Below, in pieces: positions 39,167-48,435 of a DNA stretch of 48,435 nucleotides (positions are counted from its first letter, which is position 1; every line of letters begins with the position of its first letter). Origin of the DNA: Escherichia phage EcoIv28_Lewi. The position numbers and the translations under genes are program-made. Location: sequence record OX461087; one strand, given 5' to 3'. The notes under the pieces were generated by a model. The model searched no databases. It saw only the letters and a program-made list of their open reading frames with translations, and was not told where the DNA came from.

Positions 39167-39561
39167 AGTTTCATCTCCTTCTTAATCACGCTATCTACAA
39201 GGTCTTTTGTGCGTTGCGCTGCTTTGGTCAGGAATTGCGGCTCACCACCCGGACTCCAGTATGTGCCGTTACCATTGCTGCGTGGTTTACCTGCAAGTTT
39301 ACCGCTGGCATTGTGGACGTACAGCGCATATTTCGCAGAGTAGCCAACCTTGCCAGTGATTCGCGTCCCGCTAACTTCCACAGTATCAAACTGGCTGTTA
39401 ATCAGCGTTGATGTGTCAATAGGCGTCAAAGTGGCTGATTCAGTGCGGATGATGTATGTCGCTGACTTGATTGCCCTCACCGCTTTTTCTGCCGTGATAG
39501 TGCCGACTATCTGCTCAGTTTTCCGAATCGCCTCCTGAATGCCTCTTAATTTCGCTGGCAT
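39163..39561 (-). CDS. tail completion protein (HK97 gp10-like, putative)
   Basis: 132 aa; pattern ...YSAKYALYVHN...; positional. Confidence 0.45.
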   Translation of the reverse strand: MPAKLRGIQEAIRKTEQIVGTITAEKAVRAIKSATYIIRTESATLTPIDTSTLINSQFDTVEVSGTRITGKVGYSAKYALYVHNASGKLAGKPRSNGNGTYWSPGGEPQFLTKAAQRTKDLVDSVIKKEMKL

Positions 39562-39908
39562 TATGTCACCAGTGCGAAATCAGGTGGCTCAGCTCGATTG
39601 AACGTATTGCCATAATTAATCACATTCAGAACCTGATTTGCGCCAGCCACCAGCGGGTCAGCTTCTGTCACCGTTCCAATCATGATGTAATCACCCACCT
39701 TAGCGCCAGTGTATTCTGTCCAGAAAGTATTCTTCTGCACAATCTCATTGCCTTTCGCGTCAGTCGATACATCATCGTTAAAGCCATAATCGCACATGAT
39801 GCTCACTGGCGCATCAAAAGTCGGCTTGCCGTACTTGTCAGTTCCGCTTTTGTGCCAGATTGTGCATGGTTGCGTATAGCTCCAGTTAGCCAGCGAAGTC
39901 ATTTGCAC
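39561..39908 (-). CDS. head closure / head-tail joining protein (putative)
   Basis: 115 aa; positional. Confidence 0.45.
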   Translation of the reverse strand: MQMTSLANWSYTQPCTIWHKSGTDKYGKPTFDAPVSIMCDYGFNDDVSTDAKGNEIVQKNTFWTEYTGAKVGDYIMIGTVTEADPLVAGANQVLNVINYGNTFNRAEPPDFALVT

Positions 39909-40291
39909 TTACTCCCACGCACAACCGCAAACCACGGCTTGCCGCTTCCGTCAGGGTCTTCCACCAAATCGCCAGTGCATCCGGCTGTATCCAGTAGTTT
40001 CATCTGATTGTACAGCGCCACCCACGGCTTGCTGCCATAGGCGAATGATTGTGATGCGCCAGACGGTGCGCTCTGACTGGTAACGTAGCGACCAGCAGTA
40101 TTTGCGCTAATCAGGATGGAAGCCCACAGCATGATCGCATTTTGTCGGCATTCATCATTTGGGTAGTTCAGTTCAAGGCATTCACTGATTGACGCCACAA
40201 GACACAGAATGCCAGACGCATCCGTTGTGGTGATGGTCATCCCGCGCGACGCCATCTGACTGACCAGTTCTTCAGGTGTTGGTGCTGTCAT
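39899..40291 (-). CDS. head-tail connector (adaptor) protein (putative)
   Basis: Track ORF 39899..40327 trimmed to ATG; positional. Confidence 0.45.
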   Translation of the reverse strand: MTAPTPEELVSQMASRGMTITTTDASGILCLVASISECLELNYPNDECRQNAIMLWASILISANTAGRYVTSQSAPSGASQSFAYGSKPWVALYNQMKLLDTAGCTGDLVEDPDGSGKPWFAVVRGSKCK

Positions 40292-40556
40292 TTCTCTTTG
40301 ACTCCCGTACTTTCCACCACATCTCAAACAGGTTCTTTATTACCAGTGACAGCGCGCCAAGTATTGATGCTACTGCCGCCCACTCTGTCAGGCTGTGTGG
40401 AATCATAGCCTCAAAATAAGATTGCGTGACAGGTGTTTGTTCTGCAACTTTTAAGCCGATACCAGTTCCAATAGAGGCATACCCGGCCTTATCAATCACC
40501 TGCCCCGTCGTCCCGCTTATAACTTGCTCTGCGACCTGTCTTAGTGTTTCGTTCAT
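40272..40556 (-). CDS. hypothetical protein with C-terminal transmembrane helix
   Basis: Track ORF. Confidence 0.4.
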   Translation of the reverse strand: MNETLRQVAEQVISGTTGQVIDKAGYASIGTGIGLKVAEQTPVTQSYFEAMIPHSLTEWAAVASILGALSLVIKNLFEMWWKVRESKRNDSTNT

Positions 40557-40588
40557 TGCGAGTCTCGCTGATGATATGTTTCCAGCAC

Positions 40589-41029
40589 TTATAGATTTGA
40601 ATCAGCGAAAAAACGATGGCAACCACGCCAAGAATAATGTCCAATTTCGCCGCCCCATTTAAAAGTGATGGAAAGGATGAACAGATGGATGCCGATAATA
40701 ATAAATGCGTACTGCGCATGAAGCGGCGTTTCTACAGGCGTGATAAATTCCCATACGAATGACTCTATCGCTACCAGCCATTCATAAAGGCTCATCGTCA
40801 GCACGCAGAGCGCCATCTTTGTACTTTTGCGCAGCGCAATAGCCGAAAACAACCAGACCATAGACTGCGCAAGGTAATACAGATATTCGGCGGGAAATGA
40901 ATCAACAAGCACCCATCCAAGATACACAGACATCACCATTGCCGGAATGAACACCAGAAACGCGACCATGCCCGTACAGGCAAAACCCAGCACATACATG
41001 ATCATGATGGCAATATCTGCGCCGAACAT
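40589..41029 (-). CDS. multi-pass membrane protein
   Basis: 146 aa with ~4 hydrophobic helices; preceded by a 39-aa basic Ser/Thr/Gly-rich ORF (~41026..41147) with AGGAGA RBS. Confidence 0.45.
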   Translation of the reverse strand: MFGADIAIMIMYVLGFACTGMVAFLVFIPAMVMSVYLGWVLVDSFPAEYLYYLAQSMVWLFSAIALRKSTKMALCVLTMSLYEWLVAIESFVWEFITPVETPLHAQYAFIIIGIHLFILSITFKWGGEIGHYSWRGCHRFFADSNL

Positions 41030-41195
41030 TATTTTTTACCGCGCGATGGTGAACGAGTGGAACCGTTTGGCTTCACTGCGCCAGTTTTGCCGCCAGTTTT
41101 GGTGTTGCCAGTAGCGCGTGAACGAGACGGCGAATTGGTGGACCCCATGTTTAAATCTCCTGTTGTTTGATTAGCATGATTTTAGCATATTCCTG

Positions 41196-41224
41196 TTGAC
41201 GTAGATTGATGGCGTGTTTATAGT
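41196..41224 (+). promoter_or_regulatory. sigma70-like promoter TTGACG-N17-TATAGT for the accessory island
   Basis: Consensus hexamers; TAGATT motif inside the spacer. Confidence 0.5.
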
Positions 41225-41264
41225 AATGACGTAGAAACAACAATAAATGTTAGAGGTGAGTGAT

Positions 41265-41603
41265 ATGAAAGATGAGTTCAAAGGTACAAAAGGTCCGTGG
41301 CAGGTTTTACCAGAAGAGGTTGATAAGCCATACATCCGAATCAGAGGCACAATTCCTGGTCACAGATACAAGGTGGCAAACGTATTAACTCCTGTTTATG
41401 AAAATGTTCATGCCAGAGAGGCTAATGAAACACGCGCAAACGCAAAGTTAATAGTTGCAGCGCCAGAATTACTCGAAGCACTTCGCCAGCTTCGCGATTA
41501 CGTTGAGGATGTTTGCGCAGTATCGCCTGATGATTGCCATGAAGACCATCCATTAAATCTGGCAAACAAAGCAATCAAGAAAGCATTAGGGAAGAAACAA
41601 TGA
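41265..41603 (+). CDS. hypothetical protein (112 aa), first gene of accessory island
   Basis: Track ORF 41247..41603 trimmed to ATG after GAGGTGAG RBS. Confidence 0.5.
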   Translation: MKDEFKGTKGPWQVLPEEVDKPYIRIRGTIPGHRYKVANVLTPVYENVHAREANETRANAKLIVAAPELLEALRQLRDYVEDVCAVSPDDCHEDHPLNLANKAIKKALGKKQ

Positions 41604-42409
41604 AAACACTAAGCAAAATCTATTCAGACAAAGAAACGCGAAACGGCATCGCTGTTAACAAAACCTATCTCGTGCCAGTGGAGCAAATCTATCTGGAGCC
41701 GGGCTACAACATCCGCGAAGCCGATGAGCAACACGTTGAATATTTCGCGCAGTGCTGGGAATCAGGGCAGCCGTTACCAGCATTAACAGTTATTCCAGAC
41801 GAGAAGGGAATCCGCATTCTTGATGGTCAGCATCGCTACCTCGGCGCACTGCGTGCCATTGAGCGTGGCGCACCAATCGTTCGTATTGAGTGCAAGGACT
41901 TTACTGGAGATGAGGCGGATAAAATCGCCTTCATGGTGTCATCCAGTCAGGGTAAGCAGCTCGACCCATTTGAACGAGCAAAGGCTTATACGCGACTGAA
42001 AGGCTTTGGCTGGACGAATGAAGAAATCGCCAAGAAGGTAGGTCGCTCAGTATCTGACGTGCAAATGCACCTGTCGCTGGGTGATGTGCCAGTGGAAGTA
42101 AAAGCGCGCATCAGTGCGGGACAAATAAGCTATGCAAATGCCGTAGCAGTAACGCGTGAGCATGGTGACGATGCGGTTAAAGTTATCGACGAGGCCGTGG
42201 AAGAGGCGAAGGTGCGAGGCAAGGATAAAGTTACAGCGAAGGTACTAAAGTCGAAAAAGATTAAGCCAGTAGACCGTCTGATTGAGTTATTGAAGCCAGC
42301 AGACCACGTGATTCTTCCTGCCGGTCATGTGGTGGCAGAAGATGAGGAATTTATTCAGATTCCTGTTACTGATATTCACGAGGTTATGGCAATTCTGGAG
42401 AAGATGTGA
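41600..42409 (+). CDS. ParB-like protein (ParB/Srx N-terminal domain plus HTH)
   Basis: Motifs YNIRE and ILDGQHRYLGALRA; HTH-like WTNEEIAKKVGRSVSDV. Confidence 0.75.
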   Translation: MKTLSKIYSDKETRNGIAVNKTYLVPVEQIYLEPGYNIREADEQHVEYFAQCWESGQPLPALTVIPDEKGIRILDGQHRYLGALRAIERGAPIVRIECKDFTGDEADKIAFMVSSSQGKQLDPFERAKAYTRLKGFGWTNEEIAKKVGRSVSDVQMHLSLGDVPVEVKARISAGQISYANAVAVTREHGDDAVKVIDEAVEEAKVRGKDKVTAKVLKSKKIKPVDRLIELLKPADHVILPAGHVVAEDEEFIQIPVTDIHEVMAILEKM

Positions 42410-42600
42410 TGAGTAAGTATGAAGAGTTGGACTTGAAGATATTGCACATGCTTTCCGTTAAACCAACTCTTGTTTTTGATATATGGCTTAAGTTTCGTGA
42501 TGATGTTAGAAACATTACGGTTATTGACAGGAGGATGCAGGCACTGAAAAAGAAAGGTTTTGTTTATAACGTTCGCGGATGTGGTTGGGTTAAGCTATGA
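42406..42600 (+). CDS. hypothetical protein (64 aa)
   Basis: Track ORF, ATGA-coupled. Confidence 0.4.
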   Translation: MMSKYEELDLKILHMLSVKPTLVFDIWLKFRDDVRNITVIDRRMQALKKKGFVYNVRGCGWVKL

Positions 42601-42770
42601 CACCAGAACAATTCATCGAAAAACAACTTCGCATCAAGCTGCCTGACATCGACCAGATGGCAATTGATGCGGCTATTCAGTATTACAAGCGCAATCAGAG
42701 CGCAAAGAAGGGTGGCATTTTTGAAGAATGCCTGAAGGTTGCAAAACAACATATGATTAAGGTGAAGTGA
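42597..42770 (+). CDS. small hypothetical protein (57 aa)
   Basis: ATG..TGA ORF filling the gap, coupled at both ends. Confidence 0.35.
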   Translation: MTPEQFIEKQLRIKLPDIDQMAIDAAIQYYKRNQSAKKGGIFEECLKVAKQHMIKVK

Positions 42771-43306
42771 TGAAACTAAAAATAAGCAAACTATTACTTG
42801 AATCAGCATTAATCTTTCAGGCGCGCAATGATGTGCGTTACTACCTGAACGGCATCTGCTTCATGGCTGATGGTCGCGTAGCATCAACTGACGGGCATCG
42901 CGCATTTATTGGTGGCAGCCATGATAATAAGCTGACAGAAAATGTGATCATCAAGATTAGCAAGTCGCCAACAAAACGCTATGAGTACGCCATCATTGAT
43001 ACCAAGTCGAAAATTGCAACGTATCATGATGAAGCTGGCGCGATGGTTGGTGCTGGTATCTGCGAAGAGATTGATGGTCGATTCCCTGATATTGATCGCG
43101 TGATACCAAAGGAGACGAAAGCAGCAGAGGAAATTGGTTTCAATGCTGGCTATCTGGTTGATATTGAGAAAGTGGCGAAGCTGTTTAATCCTAAATTCTG
43201 TGGTGTTAAATTTGAGCTGAATGGAAATACAAATGCCGCAGTTTGCTGCCTTAGTGCGCCAACAGGCGAGACTGCGAAGATTGTTGTTATGCCTATGCGT
43301 CTGTAG
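42770..43306 (+). CDS. truncated DnaN-like protein (mini beta sliding clamp)
   Basis: Segments NDVRYYLNG, TDGHR, DGRFPD..RVIPK, EIGFN..Y and C-terminal VVMPMRL match E. coli DnaN domain II/III elements as recalled; only 178 aa versus 366. Confidence 0.6.
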   Translation: MKLKISKLLLESALIFQARNDVRYYLNGICFMADGRVASTDGHRAFIGGSHDNKLTENVIIKISKSPTKRYEYAIIDTKSKIATYHDEAGAMVGAGICEEIDGRFPDIDRVIPKETKAAEEIGFNAGYLVDIEKVAKLFNPKFCGVKFELNGNTNAAVCCLSAPTGETAKIVVMPMRL

Positions 43307-43348
43307 CAATCAAAAGACCCTGACTAGGTGTCTTGTTTATAATAAATG

Positions 43349-43377
43349 TTGAAGTAGATACCTAATGACCGCAATAT
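43349..43377 (+). promoter_or_regulatory. candidate internal promoter TTGAAG-N17-CAATAT
   Basis: Read from sequence ~35 nt upstream of the PP-loop gene. Confidence 0.3.
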
Positions 43378-43410
43378 GAGTGATGAAGATATAAGAAAGG
43401 AGCGACGGAC

Positions 43411-44223
43411 ATGAATCAAGTTATTAGCTTTTCAGGCGGTAGAACTTCAGCGTTTATGACGCTGGAGGTACTAAAGATACACCCAGAAGCCGAAATTATC
43501 TTTATGGATACTGGAGCTGAGCACCCAAAAACGTATGAGTTTGTTCGCAACTTCGCAAAGCACTTCAATATCGCTATAACATGTATTCGCGTGGTTCCAA
43601 ATATGCAAATGCGTAAGGCAAGTACGTATGAGCAGCTAACCGTCGATGAGATTGGTCCAGACCTTGAGCCGTGGCGGAGAATGTTGCGTAAGTATGGTCA
43701 TCCATACGTTGGTGGAGCATTCTGCACCGACAGAATGAAGACCGTGCCATTCACTAAATACTGTAATGAAAAATACGGGAAAGGAAACTACGAAAGATGG
43801 CTTGGCATCAGGTCCGATGAACCAAACCGGTTGAAGAACCGAGGTGACGGTTTTCATTACCTTGCAGACATTAGCGACTTTGAAAAGCAGGATATCCTTG
43901 ACTGGTGGTCAATGCAACCATTCGACCTTGGTATTCAGGAGCATCTTGGTAATTGCGTTTTCTGCATCAAGAAGAGCCTGCAGAAAGTTGCACTTGCTGC
44001 AAAGGATGAGCCGGAACTTGCTGCTGAGTTTTGGAAGATGATTCAGGATGAAGATAAAAAATCAGACAAGATAATGTATCGCTCAAACAGAAGTCTTGGC
44101 GACGTTATAGTTTTATTTAACGATGTAAGCAGGGATGAACTGGCATCACGAATGACGTCAATGCGCCAGTACGATACTGGTTCATGCAGCGAGAGTTGCG
44201 AAGCATTTTCTAATGAGAATTAA
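43411..44223 (+). CDS. PAPS-reductase-like PP-loop ATP pyrophosphatase
   Basis: PP-loop SFSGGRTS, CTDRMKTVPF motif, C-terminal Cys cluster. Confidence 0.75.
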   Translation: MNQVISFSGGRTSAFMTLEVLKIHPEAEIIFMDTGAEHPKTYEFVRNFAKHFNIAITCIRVVPNMQMRKASTYEQLTVDEIGPDLEPWRRMLRKYGHPYVGGAFCTDRMKTVPFTKYCNEKYGKGNYERWLGIRSDEPNRLKNRGDGFHYLADISDFEKQDILDWWSMQPFDLGIQEHLGNCVFCIKKSLQKVALAAKDEPELAAEFWKMIQDEDKKSDKIMYRSNRSLGDVIVLFNDVSRDELASRMTSMRQYDTGSCSESCEAFSNEN

Positions 44224-44226
44224 TGA

Positions 44227-44256
44227 CAAGCCCTCAATCGAGGGCTTTATTTATTC
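44227..44256. terminator. bidirectional rho-independent terminator
   Basis: Hairpin AAGCCCTC-AATC-GAGGGCTT plus T-run. Confidence 0.6.
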
Positions 44257-44472
44257 ATCTTCGCTACCTGCGTGACGACGGCGTTTTTGTTTGCTGTCAC
44301 CTTCTTTTGTATGCGTGGCAACCTCAAACGTCTTTGGCAGGTCAGGCATAATGCGCAGCTTTGGTAGCAGATGCTCGTCTGGTTCGGTAATCACCTCGCC
44401 AAGCTGCAATTCACGAATCTTGCCTTTCTCTTTAACAAAGATTCCGCGAGCGATGACTTCGTATTTAGCCAT
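44251..44472 (-). CDS. hypothetical protein (73 aa)
   Basis: Track ORF downstream of major capsid gene. Confidence 0.45.
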   Translation of the reverse strand: MAKYEVIARGIFVKEKGKIRELQLGEVITEPDEHLLPKLRIMPDLPKTFEVATHTKEGDSKQKRRRHAGSEDE

Positions 44473-44514
44473 TATTCACCTCAAATTCACAAAGGGGCTT
44501 TCGCCCCTTTTCTA

Positions 44515-45588
44515 TTACACCGGAGTTTGCGTGCCGTAGCCGTTGAATACTCTGGACTTGCCAGTGGCATCCTTGCGAATTTGCAGACCAAAAGCAGACC
44601 ACACGAGGAAATTGAAGTTATCGTGCGGGTTTGCGCGGGCTGCGGCGTAGGTGGAAACAGGTTGAGCAACGCGCGGACGGATGTACATGTCGTTGCGAAC
44701 GTAACCAACGAAATGGTTGCCGGTCAGCAGGAAGTTGGTGCCAATCTTGCCGATGCGACCATTGCCGAACTGCGTGATGTACTGCTCAACTGTGCCGCCT
44801 TTGAAGCCTGCCGCATCAGAATACGGGCGCATGAAGCTACGACGCACTGCCGGGGAAACCCACAGAGTCACCTGCTCAAATACGTTCTGCGCATCAAGAA
44901 TAGCCTGGAAATCCTGATTGAAGAATTTCACGATTTGGTCAGGCGTTGCGGTTTGCAGGTCGATATTCAGGCCGCCACCGGAAACGTTCAGGTTAACCTG
45001 AATAGTGTTCGGGTGGTTGGTGATACCGTAACCAGTGTAAACGCCGTTTACGTTAAGAGTCTGGTCGCCAGTCAGCAGGTACTGCGCCATATCGGAACGC
45101 AGGTTAAAGGTGACGTTAGCCTGATCGTCCAGCAGTGGGTCGAAGCCTTCAGACTGCATACCCAGCAGTTCGCGCCATTCGCGGCTGTAGCCAGTCTTGA
45201 AGATTGGAATCACATCGCCAGTGTAATCGTAGCGAGTTTTATCCAGATCTTCCGGCTCCTGACCAGACAGGGTGCGGACAACCTTGCCAGCATCGGAAGC
45301 AATGCGACTGATTGCCACAGTCTTACCGATATTGATGTTTGCCGCGATACCCATCAGGTCGGCCATCATGTCCTGACCAGCTTCGTTACGGAAAACGCGG
45401 GTGGTCACGTTATCCACGTCACGCCAGTAATCTTTCGTTACCAGTGCGGTGGCGTTAACACCATAGGTTTTCGCCAGTTCAGCTTCGGCATTGCAGAACA
45501 CCTTGCGGTCGATGGTGAGATGTTTCCACTGGTCAGCCACTACTGCGGAGTTGGCTACCAAGTCTTTGGTAAAAATAATCTTTTCCAT
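44515..45588 (-). CDS. major capsid protein (putative)
   Basis: 357 aa with GGAGC RBS; positional (after scaffold-like and decoration-like genes); the 407-aa plus-strand ORF is antisense. Confidence 0.65.
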   Translation of the reverse strand: MEKIIFTKDLVANSAVVADQWKHLTIDRKVFCNAEAELAKTYGVNATALVTKDYWRDVDNVTTRVFRNEAGQDMMADLMGIAANINIGKTVAISRIASDAGKVVRTLSGQEPEDLDKTRYDYTGDVIPIFKTGYSREWRELLGMQSEGFDPLLDDQANVTFNLRSDMAQYLLTGDQTLNVNGVYTGYGITNHPNTIQVNLNVSGGGLNIDLQTATPDQIVKFFNQDFQAILDAQNVFEQVTLWVSPAVRRSFMRPYSDAAGFKGGTVEQYITQFGNGRIGKIGTNFLLTGNHFVGYVRNDMYIRPRVAQPVSTYAAARANPHDNFNFLVWSAFGLQIRKDATGKSRVFNGYGTQTPV

Positions 45589-45590
45589 TA

Positions 45591-47470
<1,880 letters not shown>

Positions 47471-47807
47471 GGTTAACTCTCCACGGTTAGTTTGTGGTCG
47501 AATTATAACACAGGGAGATATAGCACCATGAGGCGGTAGCCAGTGCAAATAATGGCGAGTCAGTGAGTGCGTAGAGCGTGAGAAAGTAAGTAATAGGGAT
47601 TATGTTCATGGGCCACCTCCTGATTAAAGGATAGCAGCCCATGATGAACAAAAGATATACGGTGTTAGTCTGAAATCACATCATCCATGAATGCAAGCGC
47701 AGCACCTGACAGGCAGAACAGAGCGCTATAGCAAATCATTTGGTACAGAGTGTCAGCCTCAAATACCCGAGCGAATGCGTATGCTGATAATATCCAAAGC
47801 AATGGAA

Positions 47808-47996
47808 TCATAATCTACCTCTGTTTTCTTTGTAGAGTGCATCGCAGATTTTTTGGTACTCCCTCTGAAACCAGTCTATGTTCCTGTTGTAATCACTACC
47901 TATTGCCTCAATCTTCTTTGTCGCCATTGCACTTGCTGCATTAATCAATGCAACCTGAACCTCAACAGGCAGCTCTGGAAATTTTGGCTCACTCAT
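47808..47996 (-). CDS. hypothetical protein (62 aa)
   Basis: Track ORF, ATGA-coupled. Confidence 0.4.
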   Translation of the reverse strand: MSEPKFPELPVEVQVALINAASAMATKKIEAIGSDYNRNIDWFQREYQKICDALYKENRGRL

Positions 47997-48319
47997 AACC
48001 CAGCCTCCTGTTTTGCCCGATGCACGTATGTCATAAACTTACCAATCGGCATTTCCTTGCGTATTTGCGCCAGTATCGCGCCATGCAACATCCTTTCCTC
48101 ACCAAAATACAGCTTATCAAGACGAGTTTTAATAAGTGCTCGCGTGCGCTTCATGTGGTCACGCGCCTTAAGTGCTTTCTCATGCCAGACGCGGTCGTTC
48201 TTTTTATCTGCATATTGCAGTTGACGCTCAACGGTTTCGATTTCAAATGCCAGTTGCATGTCATAATCTTCAAGCTGAATGATGTCTGCCTTCATAATAT
48301 CGTTTAATGGGATAATCAT
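47993..48319 (-). CDS. hypothetical protein (108 aa)
   Basis: Track ORF with AAAGGAGAAAAA RBS. Confidence 0.45.
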   Translation of the reverse strand: MIIPLNDIMKADIIQLEDYDMQLAFEIETVERQLQYADKKNDRVWHEKALKARDHMKRTRALIKTRLDKLYFGEERMLHGAILAQIRKEMPIGKFMTYVHRAKQEAGL

Positions 48320-48329
48320 TTTTTCTCCT

Positions 48330-48435
48330 TTAGCTTTTAACTTTCAGACCTGCGGCGAGGATGGACTTTGCGCATTCTGCGACGGTGTTTTTATGCAGCT
48401 CACAAAACATTTTTGCTGCGCTCGGGCCGAATGGG
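48330..48435 (-). CDS. hypothetical protein, N-terminus beyond window end (partial)
   Basis: Minus-strand frame open from the window edge to a TAA at ~48330. Confidence 0.35.
   Translation of the reverse strand, partial: PFGPSAAKMFCELHKNTVAECAKSILAAGLKVKS

Overview
The window reads as a near-complete, densely packed genome of a tailed, siphovirus-like enterobacterial phage (its SSB is very close to E. coli SSB; no integrase or repressor was seen, so it is probably virulent). All calls are from reading the six-frame translations and the raw sequence by eye; no database search was run, and coordinates of small ORFs and motifs are approximate (+/- a few nt). Modules found: a lysis cassette (endolysin, holin, embedded Rz/Rz1, DUF1353); packaging (TerS, an HNH-AP2 homing endonuclease, TerL); portal and head morphogenesis; a replication/recombination block (AP2 protein, P-loop protein, primase, SF2 helicase, VRR-NUC, exonuclease, Erf, SSB; no DNA polymerase); a lambda-like tail module (major tail, chaperone, tape measure, L/K/I/J-like proteins, tail fibres); head-tail connector genes; and capsid genes (scaffold/protease-like, decoration-like, major capsid). 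One tRNA (anticodon CAT) and about ten rho-independent terminators are present, and transcription units begin with a recurring promoter pattern (TTGAC[G/A]-N17-TAGATT and variants). The most unusual content is a plus-strand accessory island (41.2-44.3 kb) inserted between capsid and connector genes: a ParB-like protein, a PAPS-reductase-like PP-loop protein, and a 178-aa protein that looks like a cut-down host beta sliding clamp (DnaN) retaining the segments that form the clamp's peptide-binding pocket. Other points of interest are an iteron plus AT-rich origin-like region, a ~425-nt structured non-coding region upstream of the tRNA, four HNH-AP2 paralogs, and a moron cluster flanked by a duplicated fragment of the tail-chaperone gene.
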